NCBI GenBank assembly: GCA_964588985.1
Contig: CAZPQW010000032.1
Coordinates: forward strand, 1-30,903
DNA: 30,903 nucleotides
Direction: 5' to 3'
Origin: an uncultured Solirubrobacteraceae bacterium
Lineage (GTDB): Bacteria; Actinomycetota; Thermoleophilia; Solirubrobacterales; Solirubrobacteraceae
Shown here piece by piece: positions 26,164 through 30,903 of the stretch (positions within the stretch are counted from its first letter, which is position 1; the number at the start of each line of letters is the position of its first letter). A program made the position numbers and the translations under genes. The notes beneath the pieces are model-generated. The model was not told where the DNA came from, ran no database searches, and worked only from the letters and a program-made list of their open reading frames with translations.

Positions 26164-27440
26164 CAGATGGCCACCGCCTGCATGCGCGCGTTCTCGATGT
26201 GCTCTTCGAACTCGCCTTTGAACTTGGAGATCATCGAGCTGATCGGCATCGCCATCGCGTCGCCGAGCACGCACAGGCAGTTGCCCATGATGTGCTCCTG
26301 CACGGAGGCCATGATCTCGAGGTCCATCGGCGTGGCCTCGCCGATCTCGATGCGCTCGAGCATCTTGACCGTCCAGTTGGTGCCCTCGCGGCAGGGCGTG
26401 CACTTGCCGCAGGACTCGTGGCGGTAGAACTTCGCGACCTTCAGCGCGACGTCGAGAATCCGCGTGGAGTCGTCGACGACGATGATCGCGCCCGAGCCGA
26501 GCATCGTTCGCGCTTTGGCGAGCGAGTCGAAGTCGTAGGGGATGTCGAGGTCGTCTCCGGTGAGCACGGGCGAGGACGAGCCGCCGGGGAACCAGCACTT
26601 GACCTTGCGTCCGTCCTCGGGCCCGCCGGCGAGCCCGTAGATGATCTCGCGCGCGGGGATGCCGAGCTCGATCTCGTAGTTGCCGGGGCGCTTGACGTGG
26701 CCGGACACGGACACGAGCTTCGTCCCGGTGGAGCGCTCGACGCCGAGCTTGGCGTACTCCTCGCCGCCCATGCGGATGATCACGGGGACGGTGGAGAGCG
26801 TCTCGACGTTGTTGATCAGCGTGGGGCCCTGGTAGAGGCCCTGGTTGGCGGGGAACGGGGGCTTCAGGCGCGGGTTGCCGCGCTTGCCTTCGAGCGAGTC
26901 GAGCAGCCCGGTCTCCTCGCCGCAGATGTACGCGCCCGCGCCGCGGTGCACGACGAGCGTGAGCGAGTGCCCGGAGCCGAGGATGTCCTCGCCGACGTAG
27001 CCGGCGGCGCGCGCTTCGGCGAGCGCCGCGTCGAGCGCGTCGGCCTGCTGGGCGTACTCGCCGCGGATGTAGATGAACGAGCAGTTGATGCCGCCCGCGT
27101 AGGCCGCGATCACGAGCCCCTCGATCAGCATGTGTGGGGTCTTCTGCATCAGTTCGCGGTCCTTGAAGGTCCCCGGCTCGGACTCGTCGGCGTTGCACAC
27201 GAGGTACTTGTCCATCGAGCCCTTCGGCAGGAACGAGACCTTCGTGCCCATCCCGAAGCCCGCGCCGCCGCGACCGCGCAGCTGTGAGGCTTCGAGCTCG
27301 GAGAGGACGTCCTCGGGTTTCATCGCGAGCGCCTTGCGCAGCGACTCGTAGCCGCCGCGGCGCTCGTAGACCTCGAGCGTGCAGAGGCCGGGCTCGTCGA
27401 TGTTCTCGAACAGGAGCATCGGAGCGGCTGGAATCGACAC
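26163..27440 (-). CDS. nuoF: NADH-quinone oxidoreductase subunit F
   Basis: LRGRGGAGF, NADESEPGTFKDR, GAGAYICGEET and ESCGKCTPCREG. The GTG at 27440 has GGAGG upstream (alternative ATG 27419). Confidence 0.96.
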   Translation of the reverse strand: MSIPAAPMLLFENIDEPGLCTLEVYERRGGYESLRKALAMKPEDVLSELEASQLRGRGGAGFGMGTKVSFLPKGSMDKYLVCNADESEPGTFKDRELMQKTPHMLIEGLVIAAYAGGINCSFIYIRGEYAQQADALDAALAEARAAGYVGEDILGSGHSLTLVVHRGAGAYICGEETGLLDSLEGKRGNPRLKPPFPANQGLYQGPTLINNVETLSTVPVIIRMGGEEYAKLGVERSTGTKLVSVSGHVKRPGNYEIELGIPAREIIYGLAGGPEDGRKVKCWFPGGSSSPVLTGDDLDIPYDFDSLAKARTMLGSGAIIVVDDSTRILDVALKVAKFYRHESCGKCTPCREGTNWTVKMLERIEIGEATPMDLEIMASVQEHIMGNCLCVLGDAMAMPISSMISKFKGEFEEHIENARMQAVAI

Positions 27441-27442
27441 GA

Positions 27443-28066
27443 TCAGCTGCCTCCCCGGTTGGCGCGCGGGTCCGCGACGGGGCGGCGCACGAGCTGCTTC
27501 TCGGGCAGCACGTCGCGTCCGCTGCGCACGTCGTCGAGCAGCTGCGGGACGTCGTCGAGCGTGAGCGGGCCGACGTACACGCCGTCGACGGAGGCCATCG
27601 GCGCGATGTCGCACGCGCCGAGGCACTCGAAGGCGCGGACGTTGAGGTCCGGGTCTTCCCCCGCAGCGTCGCGCATCGCGGCGTACAGCTCGTCGGCGCC
27701 GCGCAGCGAGCAGGAGATGTTCGTGCACACGTAGACCTTGTGGCGCCCGACGGGCGCGGTCTCGAGCATGTCGTAGAAGCTCGCCACCGACTCGAGGTAG
27801 GCGGGGGTGAGGCGCATCACGCAAGCGACCTGCTCGATCGCCTCGGGCGAGCACCAGTGGTGCACGCGCTGGGCGGCGGAGAGCGCGGGCAGCGCCGCCG
27901 AGCGGCGGTCGGGGTAGTTGGCCATGTGCGCCTCGATCTCCGCTCGCAGCTTGGCGGGAACATCCGTGGTCGCCGGATCGGGGATCGTCGCGGGATCCTT
28001 CTCGAGGTCGACCGCGCGGTCCCAGCCGGGTACGCGCGAGCCGTGTTCGTAGCGCGTGACGCTCAT
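27443..28066 (-). CDS. nuoE: NADH-quinone oxidoreductase subunit E
   Basis: VASFYDM and 2Fe-2S ligands CTNISC...ECLGAC. ATGA overlap with nuoD. Confidence 0.95.
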   Translation of the reverse strand: MSVTRYEHGSRVPGWDRAVDLEKDPATIPDPATTDVPAKLRAEIEAHMANYPDRRSAALPALSAAQRVHHWCSPEAIEQVACVMRLTPAYLESVASFYDMLETAPVGRHKVYVCTNISCSLRGADELYAAMRDAAGEDPDLNVRAFECLGACDIAPMASVDGVYVGPLTLDDVPQLLDDVRSGRDVLPEKQLVRRPVADPRANRGGS

Positions 28067-29334
28067 CTGTCGATGCCTCCCAAAACGGGGTCGAGCATCG
28101 CGAGCGTGGCGATCAGATCGGCGATGTAGGCGCCGTTGCACATCGGCGCTGTGGCCTGGAGGTTGACGAACGATGGGTCGCGCATGTGCACGCGCGCGGG
28201 CTTGGAGGAGCCATCGGAGCGCACGAAGCAGCCGAGCTCCCCGCGCGGGGACTCGATCGGGAAGTACACCTCGCCGGGTGGTACGCGGAAGCCCTCTGTG
28301 ACGAGCTTGAAATGGTGGATGAGCGCCTCCATCGAGGTCGCGAGCTCGTGGCGCGGAGGCAGCGCGAACTTGCGGTCCTCGGTGATGTGTGGCCCCTCGG
28401 GGAGGCCGTCGAGCGCTTGCGCGATGATCTTCACCGACTCGTACATCTCCGCCAGGCGACAGGCAAAGCGGTCGTAGTTGTCGCCGACGGTGCCGACGGG
28501 GATCTTGAAGTCGAAGTCCTCATACGAGCAGTAGGGGGCGGCCTTGCGAAGATCCCAGGGGTTTCCGGCCGCTCGCAGGAGCGGGCCGGTGACTCCGAGC
28601 GAGAGCAGCGTCTGCATATCCAGCGGGCAGGTGCCGCGCAGACGTTGCAGCACGATCTCGTTGCTCGCGAGCATGTCGCCGTACTGGTCCGCCGCCGCGG
28701 GCATGCCGTCGAGGAAGCTGCGCAGCCGCTCCTCGAAGCCTCGCGGGATGTCCTCCATCACGCCGCCCACCTGGAAGTAGCGCGTGTGCATCCGCTGCCC
28801 GGAGGACATCTCGAACAGGTCGAGGATCTTCTCGCGCTCGCGGAAGCAGTACCAGAACATCGAGATCGCGCCGAGGTCCAGCGCGCTCGTCCCGAGCCAC
28901 ACGAGGTGGGACATGATGCGGTTGAGCTCGAGGTGGATCACGCGCAGGTACTGCGCGCGCTTGGGCACCTCGATCTCGCACAGCGTCTCGACCGCGCCGC
29001 AGTAGGCCATCGCGTTGAAGTAGTAGGAGAGGTAGTCCATCCGCTCGATCACCGGAATGACCTTCCAGTAGGACTTGTCCTCGGCGGTCTTTTCGATGCC
29101 CGTGTGGACGTAGCCGATGATCGGCCTGATGTCCTGCACGATCTCGCCTTGGAGCGTCACGAGCAGGCGCAGCACGCCGTGGGTGGCCGGGTGGTGCGGG
29201 CCGAAGTTGAGCGTCAACAGCTCTTCGCTGGTGTCCGGCGCGCCCTCGTCGACCTGTTGCTCGATCGGTGAGAGCGTGATGCTCTGCTCGCGCTTGCGGT
29301 ACTCAGACAACGCCGGCTGGTCGGTGGCGCTCAT
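28063..29334 (-). CDS. nuoD: NADH-quinone oxidoreductase subunit D
   Basis: NFGPHHPATHGVLRL, GYVHTGIEK, ERMDY, ESPRGELG and DPVLGGIDR. Confidence 0.97.
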   Translation of the reverse strand: MSATDQPALSEYRKREQSITLSPIEQQVDEGAPDTSEELLTLNFGPHHPATHGVLRLLVTLQGEIVQDIRPIIGYVHTGIEKTAEDKSYWKVIPVIERMDYLSYYFNAMAYCGAVETLCEIEVPKRAQYLRVIHLELNRIMSHLVWLGTSALDLGAISMFWYCFREREKILDLFEMSSGQRMHTRYFQVGGVMEDIPRGFEERLRSFLDGMPAAADQYGDMLASNEIVLQRLRGTCPLDMQTLLSLGVTGPLLRAAGNPWDLRKAAPYCSYEDFDFKIPVGTVGDNYDRFACRLAEMYESVKIIAQALDGLPEGPHITEDRKFALPPRHELATSMEALIHHFKLVTEGFRVPPGEVYFPIESPRGELGCFVRSDGSSKPARVHMRDPSFVNLQATAPMCNGAYIADLIATLAMLDPVLGGIDR

Positions 29335-29828
29335 CCCGCCGTCCCTCGCATCTCGCCCTCGTTGTACGTGAAGATCACCGGTTCGCCGCCGATCGGGAAG
29401 TCGCGGCGCTGCGGATGGCCCTCGTAGTCCTCGGGCATGAGGATCCGGCGCAGGTCGTGATGTCCGTTGAAGACCACGCCGAACATGTCGTAGACCTCGC
29501 GCTCCTGGTGGTCGGCCGTCGGCCAGTCCTCGGTCACCGACTCGACCTCGGCCGCGTCGCTCGGCACGCGCAGCTTGACCGTGATGCGGTCCACGCGGCT
29601 CATGTCGAGCAGCTCGTACACGACGCCCAGTCGCGGCTCCTCGGGGTAGTGGTCCACGCCGTGGAGGCTAGACATGAAGGAATATCCGCGTTCGCGCAAC
29701 TGCGCAAGCACCGCACGGATGCTCTCTGGCTGGACGAGCAGCGTGCCGCGCCCGCGGAAGAAGACGGTGTCGAGAACCGCGTCGCCAAGCTCCTGGGCGA
29801 TCAGCTCCAACCCGGTGGCATCAGGCAC
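29331..29828 (-). CDS. nuoC: NADH-quinone oxidoreductase subunit C
   Basis: EREVYDMFG...LRRILMPEDYEGHPQRRDFP. Confidence 0.96.
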   Translation of the reverse strand: MPDATGLELIAQELGDAVLDTVFFRGRGTLLVQPESIRAVLAQLRERGYSFMSSLHGVDHYPEEPRLGVVYELLDMSRVDRITVKLRVPSDAAEVESVTEDWPTADHQEREVYDMFGVVFNGHHDLRRILMPEDYEGHPQRRDFPIGGEPVIFTYNEGEMRGTAG

Positions 29829-30531
29829 CGGCCTTGCCCCCCTCCGGGGGTCCGGCCGTTGCCTTGTCTTGAGACCCGCCCACCCTCAGGACCTCCTCGG
29901 TGCCCTGTGCGTCGTAGCGCTCGCGCCAGCCCATATCGGGGTCGTCCTGGACCATCTTGCGCAGCTTCAGCACGCCGTGCATGAGCGCCTCTGGTCGGGG
30001 AGGACAGCCCGGCACGTGGACGTCGATGGGCATGAACTTGTCGGCCGGTACGAGCGCGTAGTTGTTGAACACGCCCATCGAGCTGCAGCATGCGCCCATC
30101 GAGATCGCCCACTTCGGCTCGAGCATCTGGTCGTAGATGCGGCGCACGATCGGGGCCATCTTGATCGAGACCCGCCCGGAGAGGATCAGCAGGTCCGCCT
30201 GGCGTGGGGAGGCGCGGAAGGCCTCGAAGCCGAAGCGCGCGACGTCGACCCTCGCGGCGACGATCGACATCATCTCGATCGCGCAGCACGCGAGCCCGAA
30301 GGTGGCGGGGAAGAACGAGTTCGAGCGCGCCCACGCGACCGCTTTGTCGAGCGTGGTGGTCATGATGCTTTCTTCGACGTGGCGCTCGAAGTCCGAGCCC
30401 TCGAGCTGCGCTGACGGGTTGGGACCTTCGATCTCGCCGCCACGCAGCAGTTGGCGCGCGTTCAGCCCGCGTACGCGCAGCGCGTCCGCATCGACCTTCG
30501 CCCCCGGAGCGCGCAGGACTTCGCGTTTCAT
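29821..30531 (-). CDS. nuoB: NADH-quinone oxidoreductase subunit B
   Basis: FGLACCAIEM, RASPRQAD and VPGCPPRPEAL. The ATG at 30531 overlaps the nuoA stop (ATGA). Confidence 0.96.
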   Translation of the reverse strand: MKREVLRAPGAKVDADALRVRGLNARQLLRGGEIEGPNPSAQLEGSDFERHVEESIMTTTLDKAVAWARSNSFFPATFGLACCAIEMMSIVAARVDVARFGFEAFRASPRQADLLILSGRVSIKMAPIVRRIYDQMLEPKWAISMGACCSSMGVFNNYALVPADKFMPIDVHVPGCPPRPEALMHGVLKLRKMVQDDPDMGWRERYDAQGTEEVLRVGGSQDKATAGPPEGGKAGA

Positions 30532-30884
30532 CTCCACTCGAGTGCTCCTCTGCGCCAGACGTATACGAAGGCGACGAACAGCAGCACTATGAACGTGATC
30601 GTCTCGGCGAGCGCGTAGCTGCCGTAGGCGCGCAGCTCGATCGCGATCGGGTAGAGGAAGACGACCTCGATGTCGAACAGGATGAACAGCATCGCGATCA
30701 GGTAGAAGCTGATCCCGAAGCGCATCCCGCGCTTGACCTCCGACGGCAGGCCGCACTCGTAGGGGTCCTGCTTGTGCGGGGTCGCGCGGCGCGGACCGAT
30801 GACGGAGTTGAGTACCGCGAACGCTCCGCCCACGGCGCCGCCGAGAATGAGGAAGACGATCGCCGGGAGATAGCTGCGGAGCAC
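30528..30884 (-). CDS. nuoA: NADH-quinone oxidoreductase subunit A
   Basis: PYECG, FYLIAMLFILFDIEVVFLYP and RRGALEW. Confidence 0.97.
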   Translation of the reverse strand: MLRSYLPAIVFLILGGAVGGAFAVLNSVIGPRRATPHKQDPYECGLPSEVKRGMRFGISFYLIAMLFILFDIEVVFLYPIAIELRAYGSYALAETITFIVLLFVAFVYVWRRGALEWR

Positions 30885-30892
30885 CGCGCGCT

Positions 30893-30901
30893 GTTATATC
30901 A
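30893..30901 (-). promoter_or_regulatory. Extended -10 (TGaTATAAC) upstream of nuoA
   Basis: Minus strand reads TG-a-TATAAC, 8 nt before the GTG at 30884, with no SD. The -35 region lies outside the window. Confidence 0.5.
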
Positions 30902-30903
30902 CT

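Noticed and set aside
17695-30756. Long N-terminal extensions on nuoM, J, I, G, F, E and B in the ORF track, suggesting fusions or frameshifts
   Set aside because: These are open alternative frames of the upstream genes. Each subunit has a coupled start at or next to the previous stop.
1-30903. CRISPR arrays, tRNA/rRNA genes, riboswitches
   Set aside because: Intergenic gaps are all under about 140 bp, and none shows repeat-spacer periodicity or recognisable RNA motifs.

Overview
High-GC window (roughly 70% by eye) that reads as actinobacterial; the protein style suggests Thermoleophilia/Solirubrobacterales, which is an inference. The right half (16142-30884, minus strand) is a complete 14-gene respiratory complex I operon, nuoA-N in canonical order, with separate nuoC and nuoD. 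The left half is mixed: a partial UPF0104/LPG-synthase-like membrane protein, two hypotheticals on a shared bidirectional promoter, acs, a BcrA-like ABC pair, a secreted arylsulfotransferase-family protein, thyX, a LolD/MacB-type ABC exporter, a divergent secreted GH79-like hydrolase and an M3 oligoendopeptidase. I found no mobile element, tRNA, rRNA or CRISPR array, and no clearly novel multi-gene system. The best leads are: a compositionally atypical 452-aa orphan right after nuoN with its own near-consensus promoter; a GH79-like protein lacking the usual strand-2 Arg; an apparently C-terminally shortened NuoG; widespread leaderless promoters; and candidate OmpR-family operator repeats.
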